Assembly: GCA_963737065.1 (NCBI GenBank)
Contig: CAVTRC010000001.1
Coordinates: 1,248,001-1,312,000 of the forward strand
Direction of reading: 5' to 3'
DNA: 64,000 nucleotides
DNA from: Candidatus Eremiobacteria bacterium
Lineage (GTDB): Bacteria > Vulcanimicrobiota > Vulcanimicrobiia > Vulcanimicrobiales > Vulcanimicrobiaceae
Part shown: positions 9,995 to 19,598 of the stretch, one piece after another
Numbering within the stretch: the stretch's first letter is position 1
Layout: each line of letters begins with the position of its first letter
Notes under the pieces: model-generated
Database searches by the model: none
What the model saw: the letters and a program-made list of their open reading frames with translations, nothing else
What the model was told of the DNA's origin: nothing
Made by a program: the position numbers and the translations under genes

Positions 9995-11211
9995 TTCACG
10001 ACCTCGGTACCGTCTTCGCCGCCGAATTCATGCGACGGATCAAATCGCGGCCGTACCTCATCGGGCTCATCATCGGCATCGCAGGCATTTTGCTCTTCAC
10101 ACGCTTGCCGGCATTGGTGGGCGGTGCCTTCGGCGGCTCGAGCAGCATCGTTGTCGTCGGCGATTCGTCGCTGACCTCGCGAGCAAATACGCTTTTGAAG
10201 CCGGAATACGATGTTAAAGCGAAACTGCGACCGCAGCCCATTACGGCGCAAACGCTGAAGGCGTATGACGCGGCGGCCGCCTTTGTATTAACGTCCACGA
10301 AGAGCGGATTAGACGTCGCGGTGTACGCGCACGATCCCGGCAGCATGGGTGAACGCCAAGTCCGGCGCGCGCTGATGCCGCTCCAGCTCGCACTTACGAC
10401 CGGCAAATCGGCGGCACAAGTGACGAACATCACGAACTTTCCGGTCGACGTCAAACCGGTCGCATCGAAGTTCACGTCGGCGGATCAGGCCGAACTTGTA
10501 CGCGGGATCGCGTACACGCTGATCTTCTTCCTCTATATCTTGATTCTCGTGAACAGTCAGCTGGTCACGAGTTCCGTTGCGGAAGAAAAGACGAGCAGAA
10601 TCGCCGAACTGCTCGTTGCGTCGGTCGACCCCGTTGCGCTGCTCGGCGGAAAAATTCTCGCGGGTGCGGTGCTCGCGCTCTTGCAGCTGATCGTCTGGAT
10701 TGCGGCCGCCATGATCGGCGGTCAAGGAGCATCCTCGGCGGGAAGTTCTCACGCCGACGATCTTTTCTCGCTCGCAAATCTCTTCGACGTACTCACCCCT
10801 GGTGTCGTCGTTGCGTTTTTCATCTTCTTTCTAATCGGATTCTTGCAAGTGTCGACGATCTTCGCGGCGATGGCATCATTGATCAATCGCACGGAAGACC
10901 TTGGCAGCATCACGGGTCCGCTTGCCATTCCCGTCGTAGCCGCATTGTTCATCGCAATCGGAGCGCTCGGCACCCCCGAGGCGCCGTGGGCCGTTACGAC
11001 GAGCTTCATCCCGATCATCGCACCGTTCATCATGTTTGCGCGGATCGCCGCGAGCAACGTCCCGCTCTGGCAAATCTTCCTCTCTATCGCGGTCAACATC
11101 GCGGCTCTGGCGGCAATTGCCGTGCTCGCCGGCAAGATCTACCGAGTAGGCATGCTCTTGTATGGCCGTGCTCCGAAGATTTCTCAGGTGTGGGCGGTGA
11201 TCCGTTCGTAG
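9991..11211 (+). CDS. ABC-2 exporter permease (NatB-like)
   Basis: 'SVAEEKTSRIAELL...LLGGKI' motif, TM pattern, ATGA overlap with the ATPase. Confidence 0.9.
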   Translation: MIHDLGTVFAAEFMRRIKSRPYLIGLIIGIAGILLFTRLPALVGGAFGGSSSIVVVGDSSLTSRANTLLKPEYDVKAKLRPQPITAQTLKAYDAAAAFVLTSTKSGLDVAVYAHDPGSMGERQVRRALMPLQLALTTGKSAAQVTNITNFPVDVKPVASKFTSADQAELVRGIAYTLIFFLYILILVNSQLVTSSVAEEKTSRIAELLVASVDPVALLGGKILAGAVLALLQLIVWIAAAMIGGQGASSAGSSHADDLFSLANLFDVLTPGVVVAFFIFFLIGFLQVSTIFAAMASLINRTEDLGSITGPLAIPVVAALFIAIGALGTPEAPWAVTTSFIPIIAPFIMFARIAASNVPLWQIFLSIAVNIAALAAIAVLAGKIYRVGMLLYGRAPKISQVWAVIRS

Positions 11212-11311
11212 ATCGTTTCCCTAAAGCGTAATTGCCGCAAGCCGATGGCTATAGTGAAGCCCAGCGGTAGCTTGACTTCTCGCACCTCATCACGGAAGGC
11301 ACCGAATCGCC

Positions 11312-12766
11312 ATGGAGCGTACCGCCGACGCATCAACGGGGGCTAGCTTACGGCTTTGGCGTTTGCCGAAGCTCGCTCCGAATAGCCTCGTGCGCTCGCG
11401 CCTGCTTGGTCGCCTGTCGCAGTATTCCGACGCACCCGCACGAGCGCTCATCGCGCCGGCAGGCTTCGGGAAGAGTACGCTTGTCCGCCAGTACCTTGCC
11501 GAAGCGCCGTCGATGTTCGCCTACGTTGCCTTCGACTCATTAGACCAACCCGCGGAGATTATTTTACGCGCGGCGCACGCCTTCGGCGTGGAGCCGGCGG
11601 CGCTCGATCCGTTCATTGATTCGCTCGCCGGCGTGAGCCCGCGATTCGTGGTCTTCGACGACGTCGACGTCAAGGATCCGTCCTCCGCGGCCTGGCTCCG
11701 CGAAATCATCAAACACGTTCCGGACCATCACCGCATTATCGTTTGTGCGCGCTCGCGCGATGTCGTATCAGGTGCGCGTGCGCTCGTTTCCGGCACGGTC
11801 GCCTACATAACCGCCGATGAGCTTGCATTCACCCCCGCTGAGCTCGCGCAACTCTGCGACCTGCATAACGTCAGCTACAAGGACGACGATATCACGAAGT
11901 TCTGGTCCCAGACCGAAGGCTGGCCGATCGTCGCAAATCTCGCGATCCGCACGGCGGGCGTGCAGCAACGACCGGCCGCTATGCTCTACGCAGCGTGGCG
12001 CGAAACGCATGCGGACTCTTTCCGCTGTTTCGTTCTGGAAGAAGCAGCACGCAGTCCGCACAACGCACTCCTTCGGCGTTTGCTTACGTCGGACGATCTC
12101 GTGTGCACGGCCGAAGAGTGGGACACACTGGAACGCCACGGGCTTTTCGCCTATCGTCGTAACGGCCGCGTGGACGTGTACCGAACCCTGCTGGACATCT
12201 TTTCGCAGACGACCGCCGCGGTTCCAGCCGGTACCAGCGCTGAGAGTGCGCCGATCACCGCAACGGTACTGGGCGAGTTCTCGATCGTCATCTCCGGACG
12301 GCCGGTGCAATGGATACGGCGCAAGGACGCACGCATCTTCAAGTATCTGCTGCTCAAACCCGGCGGCGAAGCGACCCGTCAAGAGCTGCTCGATGTTTTC
12401 TGGCCCGATACCGAACGGCAAACCGCAATCGCGGCGCTGCGCACGACGTGCAGTCAGATCAGACACGCGTTACGTGACGCGGTCGGTTTCACGCGAGCAC
12501 AAACGTACTTCCAAACGGACTTTCATGTACGCGTTCCCGTCGAGCTCGTCGTAAGCGATCTGCAACGTCTACGCGCCCATGCGGCCGCCGCGATCGAGGC
12601 CGAAGAAGAGAACGACCTCAAGCGCGCGCGCACGCACTGGGGAACCGTCGTGACGCTCGATAGCGGAGAGTTCATTGTGGACGTAGCGTGTTCGCTTTAC
12701 CACCAGATCGCGCAGGAAGTGCAAAACGCGTTCCGCCGCGCGCGAACATTGCTCAAGTCGGCGTAA
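11312..12766 (+). CDS. MalT-like NTPase / SARP(BTAD)-like transcriptional regulator
   Basis: 'LVRSRLL', 'APAGFGKSTL', 'TEGWP'; C-terminal winged helix 'VLGEFSI...ATRQELLDVFWPD...LRTTCSQIRHAL'. Confidence 0.75.
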   Translation: MERTADASTGASLRLWRLPKLAPNSLVRSRLLGRLSQYSDAPARALIAPAGFGKSTLVRQYLAEAPSMFAYVAFDSLDQPAEIILRAAHAFGVEPAALDPFIDSLAGVSPRFVVFDDVDVKDPSSAAWLREIIKHVPDHHRIIVCARSRDVVSGARALVSGTVAYITADELAFTPAELAQLCDLHNVSYKDDDITKFWSQTEGWPIVANLAIRTAGVQQRPAAMLYAAWRETHADSFRCFVLEEAARSPHNALLRRLLTSDDLVCTAEEWDTLERHGLFAYRRNGRVDVYRTLLDIFSQTTAAVPAGTSAESAPITATVLGEFSIVISGRPVQWIRRKDARIFKYLLLKPGGEATRQELLDVFWPDTERQTAIAALRTTCSQIRHALRDAVGFTRAQTYFQTDFHVRVPVELVVSDLQRLRAHAAAAIEAEEENDLKRARTHWGTVVTLDSGEFIVDVACSLYHQIAQEVQNAFRRARTLLKSA

Positions 12767-13058
12767 GGAGCGTGCCTTCGAACAATCCTGCGCGCCGCGC
12801 AGCGCCAGCGGCCAGTTCCGCAACGGCGTAAGCACCTGCGTGCCGTAGTACCCGCCGCGCTGACACGGCTTCGTGCAGCGCGAGGACGCGAAAGGAATCG
12901 TCGAGGAACACGACGTCGATCGCCATCGACATGAACCACGTGTGAATTGCGTCGCATCGCTCGAACACGAGCGCACAGTCGAGTGGAAACGAGCGTCTCC
13001 CTAACAGCCCAAACGCGCGCGCCCACGGTGTCCGCGCAAACCGCACCCGTACGTTCAT
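12753..13058 (-). CDS. DUF192-family protein
   Basis: 'ARAFGLLGR', 'AIHTWFMSMAIDVVFLD', 'VAELAAG'. Confidence 0.85.
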   Translation of the reverse strand: MNVRVRFARTPWARAFGLLGRRSFPLDCALVFERCDAIHTWFMSMAIDVVFLDDSFRVLALHEAVSARRVLRHAGAYAVAELAAGAARRAGLFEGTLLTPT

Positions 13059-13663
13059 AAAACGACGACGAGCGCAGCAAACGTCGCGACCACGATGTAC
13101 GGACCAAACGCAACCGGTTGCTTTCCCCGGTCGCGCAGGTACGAAACGACCGTAGCGGCGAGACAGGCCGCCGCGAATGCAGGCAACGCCGCCATCATTC
13201 CAACGAGCGCTGCGCACAGGGTTGCGAGTTTTACGTCGCCCCATCCCATGCCGCGGCCGCGTGAGAGCAGCGCTGCGCCGGCAAACGGAACGAAGATCAC
13301 GACCGCCGATACGACCGAGAACCAGTGCCCGGAATAGACGACGTATGCTGCAACGACCGCCAAGGGTAGCAACGTAAACCAGTCGGAGATCAGGCCGGTC
13401 CGCGAATCGCCGTACCAGCAGGCAACGAGCGGAACGCACGCCAGCGCCACGCATGCCATCTGCAGTGGGTCCGCATGCCGTGCAACGAGCGCCGCGCAGA
13501 GCAACAGTAGCGTAACGAACGGCCATGCCCAGTGTACCGGCCGCACCGGCGGTCCGTCTTCGAACCGGTCCGCCGGACGCGGAACGACTGTGCCAAGGAT
13601 GATTCCGCCGATTGAGGCGCTCGCAAAGAGAGCAAAGGCGGTGAAAATCAACAGCGGCGACAT
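13055..13663 (-). CDS. Prepilin peptidase (A24)
   Basis: 'YGDSRTGLISD', 'GMGWGDVKL', 'PVAFGPYI'. Confidence 0.85.
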   Translation of the reverse strand: MSPLLIFTAFALFASASIGGIILGTVVPRPADRFEDGPPVRPVHWAWPFVTLLLLCAALVARHADPLQMACVALACVPLVACWYGDSRTGLISDWFTLLPLAVVAAYVVYSGHWFSVVSAVVIFVPFAGAALLSRGRGMGWGDVKLATLCAALVGMMAALPAFAAACLAATVVSYLRDRGKQPVAFGPYIVVATFAALVVVL

Positions 13664-14505
13664 CAGCGTTGAGAGAGCAAATGCGCCGCGAGTGCGCCGA
13701 AAATCAAGATGAAAAGCGAAGGCAGCATGAACAGCGCCATCGGGAAAACAAGCTTGTTCGGAAGCGCATTCGCGAGTTCTTCCGCGCGTGCGAGCCGATG
13801 ATCGCGCGCGTCCATCGCCAAGTGATCGAGTACTTCAACGATGTCGGCGCCGAGCTTATCCGCCTGCACGATTGCGGTAACGGTCGCCGAAAAGCTCGGC
13901 TCGCGAACGCGCGATGAAGCCGCCATCAGCGCTTCGCTGCGCGAGCGCCCAAGACGAATATCCTGGAGGACCGATCGGAGCTCTTCCGCCAATGGTCCGT
14001 TCAAACCGTCCGCTGCTACGGCTAAAGCCCCGTTGAGGGCGATGCCGGCTTCCATCGTGGCTGAAACGATGTCCAGAAAATCGGGAAGCGCGCGCGTGAT
14101 CGCCATTTTTCGCGCCTTAATCGCGCGGTCGAGTCGCGCCGTCGGCAAATAAAATGCGCCGAAGCACAGCAAGAATCCCAAAAACAGATCGATGAAGATC
14201 GACCCGTGCAGCAAGAATGACGCAGCGAGTCCAATGATTGCGCCGGCGCACGCGCCGCCGAGGGACGAGGCAAGAAACTTCGCCGGCGTGGCATCGTACC
14301 AGCCCGCTTCGGTGAATCTCGAGAGCAGCAATCGCTCCTGTTGGTCGCTGACGAACCGCGCAAACGCGGCTTTACGTGGCGCGACACCTTTCGACGCATC
14401 GAGCTCCGCGAGGCGGTCGTGAACGGACGGCGCATCCGAACGAAGTACGGCAAGAAGCGCGAGGCCGACGACGACGACGACGATGCCGAGCATGATGAGC
14501 GCCAT
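13663..14505 (-). CDS. tadC: Tad pilus assembly protein TadC
   Basis: T2SSF domain 'LPDFLD...AG...AL', 'IVQADKLG', 'RAEE...KLVFPM'. Confidence 0.9.
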   Translation of the reverse strand: MALIMLGIVVVVVGLALLAVLRSDAPSVHDRLAELDASKGVAPRKAAFARFVSDQQERLLLSRFTEAGWYDATPAKFLASSLGGACAGAIIGLAASFLLHGSIFIDLFLGFLLCFGAFYLPTARLDRAIKARKMAITRALPDFLDIVSATMEAGIALNGALAVAADGLNGPLAEELRSVLQDIRLGRSRSEALMAASSRVREPSFSATVTAIVQADKLGADIVEVLDHLAMDARDHRLARAEELANALPNKLVFPMALFMLPSLFILIFGALAAHLLSQR

Positions 14506-14506
14506 G

Positions 14507-15373
14507 CTAGATGTCCAATGTGCTCAGCTTGCCGAACACGATCCATCCCGCCGTCAACAGCGCAACGGCGAGCACAAGAACGACGTGTCCGATCAATGTG
14601 CCAAGCAACGCGGAACGCATGTCGGGCTCGAACGCGATAATGAACGCACCGACGAAAACCGGCAGCGCCGTAATGACCCATTTGGTCGAACGCGATTCCG
14701 AAGTGAGCGCGCGCATGCGTCGCTCAATACGCCGGCGTTGCTTGATCATCTCCGCAAGATTCAGGAGAATCTTCGTCAGATTGCCGCCCGTCTTGCTTTG
14801 GATGCGAATCGTCTGCGAAAGCATCGTCATCTCGGTGCTCGGCATTCGCGCGGCGAGCTGAGCCAGCGCGTCTTCCATCGTTACGCCGATCGCGGTTTGG
14901 GCGAAAGCGCGTCCGAACTCGACGCTTGCCGGCGCGGGCATTTCATTGATGACCATGCCGATGGACTGCCGTAGTCCTAGCCCGACGCGCAGCGCGCTGA
15001 CGACCAGCCGCAGCACCATTTCGAGCTGATTGCTGAATTCCTGAAGCCGCTTTTGTATCCGTCGCAAAATCCAGAAGCGGATCGCAAGCCATACGACGCC
15101 CGGATACAGTAGCGCGAGGAAGACGCCCGTCATCATCGATGCATGCACGACAATCGCCGTAGCAAGCCACGCAAGAACGACGGCAATCACGGTCGCAATC
15201 GCATTTCTACGAATCTGCGCGGGCGTTACGATGATAGCCGCACGTTCGAGCATGGCGATATACCAACGCAGCCGCCGCTCGAGCACATCGTTCAGGCGCT
15301 CCGCGAAAAGCGCCCAGATAACCGCCGCTCCCGCGAGAAACGAAACGGCAAGCGCGACCGGGGCGAACGCCAT
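14507..15373 (-). CDS. tadB: Tad pilus assembly protein TadB
   Basis: 'SALRVGLGL', 'IQSKTGGNLTKIL', 'RALTSESR'. Confidence 0.9.
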   Translation of the reverse strand: MAFAPVALAVSFLAGAAVIWALFAERLNDVLERRLRWYIAMLERAAIIVTPAQIRRNAIATVIAVVLAWLATAIVVHASMMTGVFLALLYPGVVWLAIRFWILRRIQKRLQEFSNQLEMVLRLVVSALRVGLGLRQSIGMVINEMPAPASVEFGRAFAQTAIGVTMEDALAQLAARMPSTEMTMLSQTIRIQSKTGGNLTKILLNLAEMIKQRRRIERRMRALTSESRSTKWVITALPVFVGAFIIAFEPDMRSALLGTLIGHVVLVLAVALLTAGWIVFGKLSTLDI

Positions 15374-15375
15374 CG

Positions 15376-17487
15376 TCAGCTCGCCACGAGCGTTTCCACG
15401 CCCGGTTCACCCATTCGCGAAAGATCGTACGTTACGCCGTACTCTTCGAACCGGTCGATGAACGTGGGCCGAACTCCGGAGAAGACGAACGAACCGACGA
15501 CGCGATTCTCCTTATCCAAGCCGCGTTGCTGATAGCGCGCGATCTCCTGCATGCTGATAACATCGCCTTGCATCCCGACCACTTCGGAAATGCTCGTCAC
15601 CTTTCGAGAACCGTCGCGCATTCGCGCCGTTTGGACGACGACGTCGACGGCACTCGAAATCTGCTCGCGGATCGCACGCATCGGCACTTCGAACCCGGCC
15701 ATCAACGCCATCGTCTCTAAACGCCGCATGCAATCGCGTGGCGTATTCGCATGCACGGTCGTCAACGAACCGTCGTGTCCGGTGTTCATTGCCTGCAGCA
15801 TATCAAGCGCTTCGCCGCCGCGGCACTCACCGACGATGATCCGGTCCGGGCGCATGCGCAGCGAGTTACGAACGAGGTCGCGAATGCGAATCTCGCCACG
15901 TCCTTCGGTATTCGGCGGCCGCGTCTCTAACCGAACGACATGCTCCTGGCTCAATCGCAATTCAGCCGCATCCTCGATCGTGACGATGCGTTCTCCGGCC
16001 GGCACGAACGTGGAGAGCACGTTGAGCAACGTCGTCTTTCCCGAACCCGTGCCCCCGCTCACGACGATGTTCAAACGGGCCTCCACGGCAGCCCGCAGAA
16101 GATCGCCCATCGCTTCGGTCAGCGAGTCGAACTCGACGAGATCGTCGATGCGATAATGACGATTACCGAACCGCCGGATCGTCAGCGTTGCACCATCGAT
16201 CGATAACGGCTCGATTGTCGCGTTGACACGCGAACCGTCCGCGAGACGCGCATCGACCATCGGAGACGCCTCGTCGATGTGCCGCCCGATCGGCGAGATG
16301 ATTCGTTCGATCACCAGCCGCAGCTGCCGTGCATCCGCGAAGCGCCGGTCCGAGCGAACGATGCGGCCTTCGCGCTCAACGTAGATATGCTCCGCGCCGT
16401 TGACCATGATTTCGGTGACGGCTTCATCGGCGAGAATCGCCTCCAGCGGACCGAGCCCGAGTGCTTCGTCGATGATCTCTTGGCGTAGATGTGCGATCTC
16501 TTCGGCAGAGCCGACACCGTCTTCACCGGCGATCGCCTCGGCCACGATTTGCGCAATCTCGGTACGCAGTTCGTCGATTTTCAGTGCATCGGGCGAAAGC
16601 GCGTCGGTCATCGCCGCAAAGTCGATGCGGCGCGAAAGCTGTTGGTGGATCGAGAATTTCAATCGATCGCGAAGGTCGCCGCGCAGGCGCGACGTTGACA
16701 CGCTACGATTATCGGCGGGCGCGCCGTTCAGCGCGGTTGCGGCTTGGAGCGTTTCCTCGGGAGTCGGCGCGCGTTTTCCCAGTCGCCGCTCGCCGAGCGG
16801 CGTACTCGTCGACGGCTGCAGCGAAAGAAAGCTGTCGAACTGCTTTCCGGCTAATGCGTTGACCATCGATCGAACCGTTTTCTCATATCGGCGATCGTTC
16901 TTCAGCGGGACCTCGCCCAAGATGGGCAGCCGCAATGCACGCTCGATGTCGCCGCGCGACACCTCGCTTTTTCCGCCGCGTGCCGGGCCGATAATCGCCG
17001 AGAGATGCGCCTCGGGGACGCCGAAACTTTGAAGTTCCAGTTGCATCGCACGCGCCCCGGTCAGTCCCAGCACCGACGGCTCCACGACGATCGTGAATTG
17101 CGCCGCCCGCACGGCTAACGGCCGGACGACGGCGGCAAACGGCTGCGCCGAATCGACGATGATGCGTTGAGCGCCCGCGAGATCGGTCGCCATCAGCCGC
17201 TCGACGTGCGCGCTTTTGACGGTGAAGCCGGAATGTACGCTGGCGGCGATTTCGACGAGTTGCAGATTCGTCGCGACGTTGACGGCGGCAAGCTCCTGAT
17301 CTTCAAGCGCTTCGTCGATCAGGCGTATCGCATTGAACAGCACCGCATGACTGCGCCGCCCGCACAGATCGCCGTCAATCAGCACGGTCTTACCGTCGGC
17401 TGCAAACACGTTCGCGATATCGACCGCTAGCGACGTCGTTCCAACGCCTCCCTTCGATCCAACGGCGAACAAGATCGACGCGCTCAC
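15376..17487 (-). CDS. cpaF: Fused MinD/CpaE-like domain + CpaF/TadA pilus ATPase
   Basis: N-terminal 'GSKGGVGTTS'; C-terminal 'GGTGSGKTT', 'TIEDAAEL', 'RMRPDRIIVGECRG', 'MNTGHDGS'. Confidence 0.92.
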   Translation of the reverse strand: MSASILFAVGSKGGVGTTSLAVDIANVFAADGKTVLIDGDLCGRRSHAVLFNAIRLIDEALEDQELAAVNVATNLQLVEIAASVHSGFTVKSAHVERLMATDLAGAQRIIVDSAQPFAAVVRPLAVRAAQFTIVVEPSVLGLTGARAMQLELQSFGVPEAHLSAIIGPARGGKSEVSRGDIERALRLPILGEVPLKNDRRYEKTVRSMVNALAGKQFDSFLSLQPSTSTPLGERRLGKRAPTPEETLQAATALNGAPADNRSVSTSRLRGDLRDRLKFSIHQQLSRRIDFAAMTDALSPDALKIDELRTEIAQIVAEAIAGEDGVGSAEEIAHLRQEIIDEALGLGPLEAILADEAVTEIMVNGAEHIYVEREGRIVRSDRRFADARQLRLVIERIISPIGRHIDEASPMVDARLADGSRVNATIEPLSIDGATLTIRRFGNRHYRIDDLVEFDSLTEAMGDLLRAAVEARLNIVVSGGTGSGKTTLLNVLSTFVPAGERIVTIEDAAELRLSQEHVVRLETRPPNTEGRGEIRIRDLVRNSLRMRPDRIIVGECRGGEALDMLQAMNTGHDGSLTTVHANTPRDCMRRLETMALMAGFEVPMRAIREQISSAVDVVVQTARMRDGSRKVTSISEVVGMQGDVISMQEIARYQQRGLDKENRVVGSFVFSGVRPTFIDRFEEYGVTYDLSRMGEPGVETLVAS

Positions 17488-18299
17488 CGCGATCCCTCGA
17501 GACGATCGCCGTCGATGACGGGAACGGAAAACGGTGCATGCGAAGCGACCGGCGCCACAACGGTTCGCGCGGGAACGGTTACCGCCGGCGGTTGCAGTGA
17601 CGGCCGCATATCGAAAAATACGATGTGCTCGGTGAATCCCGACGTTCCCGGTTCATCGGGCGGCCGCAGCGCCAGTCGAAGCGTTGCATTGAGATCGGCG
17701 AGCGTAATGAGGTCTGCTTGCGACGGCGTCACCTCGAGCGTCACCGTCCGAATGTCGGGCGCCGGTGTAGCGGACGGATCCGTTGCCGCCGTAAACGCCC
17801 CGCCGACCGAAAGCACGCGAACATTTCGCATGATCGTATACGCGCCGGCGTTCGGCCCTTCTTTCGGCGGAGCGGCAATGACGTCGACGCGATCGCCGGG
17901 ATGAAGCAAGCCGGAAACGTCCTTCACGGGGTCGACGGCAATAGAGATCGCGCGCATGCCTCTGCGCAACTGTATGGCGAGCCCGAGCGAAGACGCGGGC
18001 GCGATGTCACCGCTCTCGATTACCGCTTCCTTTGCCATACCGTGCGCAGAGACGGTACCGTTGACTGCGGCAACCGAAGAAATCGCATCGCGAGGAACTT
18101 GATCGGCCGGTTTTTGCACGATGCCGAACATCGAAGCTTGCAGCGGCGCGCGGGCCGGAATTTCTTGCAACGCCACGACCACCGGACGCATCGCCACCGG
18201 ATCGGTGTGTTTGTTGCTAAACGCAAGGGCAAAAAATGAGAGGAGCGCGATAACGGCCACCGCACCTCCGCCGATCATCAGTAGCCGTCGGTTGTTCAT
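17484..18299 (-). CDS. cpaB: Flp pilus assembly protein CpaB
   Basis: SAF domain 'VVVALQEIPA', 'GMRAISIAVD', 'PGDRVDVI', 'VTLEVTP', 'LRLALR'. Confidence 0.92.
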   Translation of the reverse strand: MNNRRLLMIGGGAVAVIALLSFFALAFSNKHTDPVAMRPVVVALQEIPARAPLQASMFGIVQKPADQVPRDAISSVAAVNGTVSAHGMAKEAVIESGDIAPASSLGLAIQLRRGMRAISIAVDPVKDVSGLLHPGDRVDVIAAPPKEGPNAGAYTIMRNVRVLSVGGAFTAATDPSATPAPDIRTVTLEVTPSQADLITLADLNATLRLALRPPDEPGTSGFTEHIVFFDMRPSLQPPAVTVPARTVVAPVASHAPFSVPVIDGDRLEGSR

Positions 18300-18826
18300 C
18301 TCCAGATCCTCAGGGATGGAAAGCCGATGTCGAGAACGATCGCGCACGTAAGACCCGCCGCAAATGCGAGCGCATATGGGATGCGCGCGTCTTGCGGACT
18401 GAGCGCCACCGGCGTAACGGTCGCCGTTTGCGTAAACGCGGCGAGCGCAGCTCCGTGCAGCTGTGCTCGCAGTTGCGACGTCCGGCCTCGTAGGACGGCC
18501 CAAACGACCGCCAGTACTCCGCCGAAGACACCAGATAGTAGAAGGAAGTCAATGCAGCTTGGATAGCCGATCAGCCCCGCGATTCCGACGGCAAGCTTGA
18601 TGTCGCCCCCGCCGAGCCACCCCGTACGATGAATCGCAAGACCGCACGCAAGCACTGCCGCAATGACGAGCACGTCAGTCAACGCAGCCGCAATTCCCCC
18701 GCGCGCGAGCGCGACGAACGGCGAAGCGATGATGAGCGTGAGCGTGATTGCATTTGGAATCCGCCGCGTGCGCAAATCGGTCACGACCGCGACCGCACAA
18801 GCGCAGCAGGCGAGTAACCAAATCAC
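18296..18826 (-). CDS. cpaA: Flp prepilin peptidase CpaA/TadV (A24)
   Basis: 'TDLRTRRIPN', 'LGGGDIKL', 'IPYALA'. Confidence 0.9.
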   Translation of the reverse strand: MIWLLACCACAVAVVTDLRTRRIPNAITLTLIIASPFVALARGGIAAALTDVLVIAAVLACGLAIHRTGWLGGGDIKLAVGIAGLIGYPSCIDFLLLSGVFGGVLAVVWAVLRGRTSQLRAQLHGAALAAFTQTATVTPVALSPQDARIPYALAFAAGLTCAIVLDIGFPSLRIWR

Positions 18827-18841
18827 CCGCGACGAGCCGCT

Positions 18842-19000
18842 TTAGAGATCGCTGTTAATCGTCGTGAATTGCGCGGCGATCGTCTTACCGAGCGTCGCGA
18901 CGATACCGATGCAAACCACCGCGATAAGAGCGACGATGATGCCGTACTCGACGAGCGTCGCGCCGTTGTCGTCCTTAATCAGATCCTTGATAGCGTTCAT
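18842..19000 (-). CDS. flp: Flp major pilin
   Basis: 'DDNG|ATLVEYGIIVALIAVVCI' Flp motif, 52 aa. Confidence 0.95.
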   Translation of the reverse strand: MNAIKDLIKDDNGATLVEYGIIVALIAVVCIGIVATLGKTIAAQFTTINSDL

Positions 19001-19046
19001 GTCGTTTTCAATCCTTTTGAATGGTATGGCGTGCAAGAAAGAGCGG

Positions 19047-19460
19047 TTATAGGCCGTGCCCGTCGTCCCAAACGGGAACGTTGAGATCGGCATTCGGCGC
19101 ACGATATGTCGTGGTCGCAGAGGCCGACGTTCCCGGAAGTTCCGCGCGAACCGTAATGAGCGAGTTGCGAACGTATGCCGGCGCGACCGCAATGTTTTCC
19201 GAGAAAACGCCGGCCGCGTTCGCGATCGCGCGATACCGTCCGATCGATAGCGTCGGCAGATCGAGCGAAATCAACTCGTTCACATCGAGAAGCACCTCTG
19301 CGTGGGCGGGTGCCGTACCCGTTACAGAGATGCCTTCCCAACCGAGGTTGCCGGAGTGCACGCTGACCGTCACGCCGTTAGTTTGGGCGCGGGCAGAACC
19401 TCCCGCACCCAATATGATGAGCGTTGATACCGCAATGGCAATAGCGGAGCGTACAAACAT
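19047..19460 (-). CDS. Secreted hypothetical protein (beta-rich)
   Basis: Signal peptide ending 'ARA', GGAGG RBS, first gene of the leftward Tad operon. Confidence 0.6.
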   Translation of the reverse strand: MFVRSAIAIAVSTLIILGAGGSARAQTNGVTVSVHSGNLGWEGISVTGTAPAHAEVLLDVNELISLDLPTLSIGRYRAIANAAGVFSENIAVAPAYVRNSLITVRAELPGTSASATTTYRAPNADLNVPVWDDGHGL

Positions 19461-19598
19461 GGACAATCCTCCGTGGGAATTGTATCGGCTATAATGCCGC
19501 GGCGGACGTCCGCCTAGCCCATCCGGGCGAAAATTTCACGTTCTGCGAACGCCTTGCTAACGCATTAACGTTCGCAGCGCGTGCCATAATACGCACCA

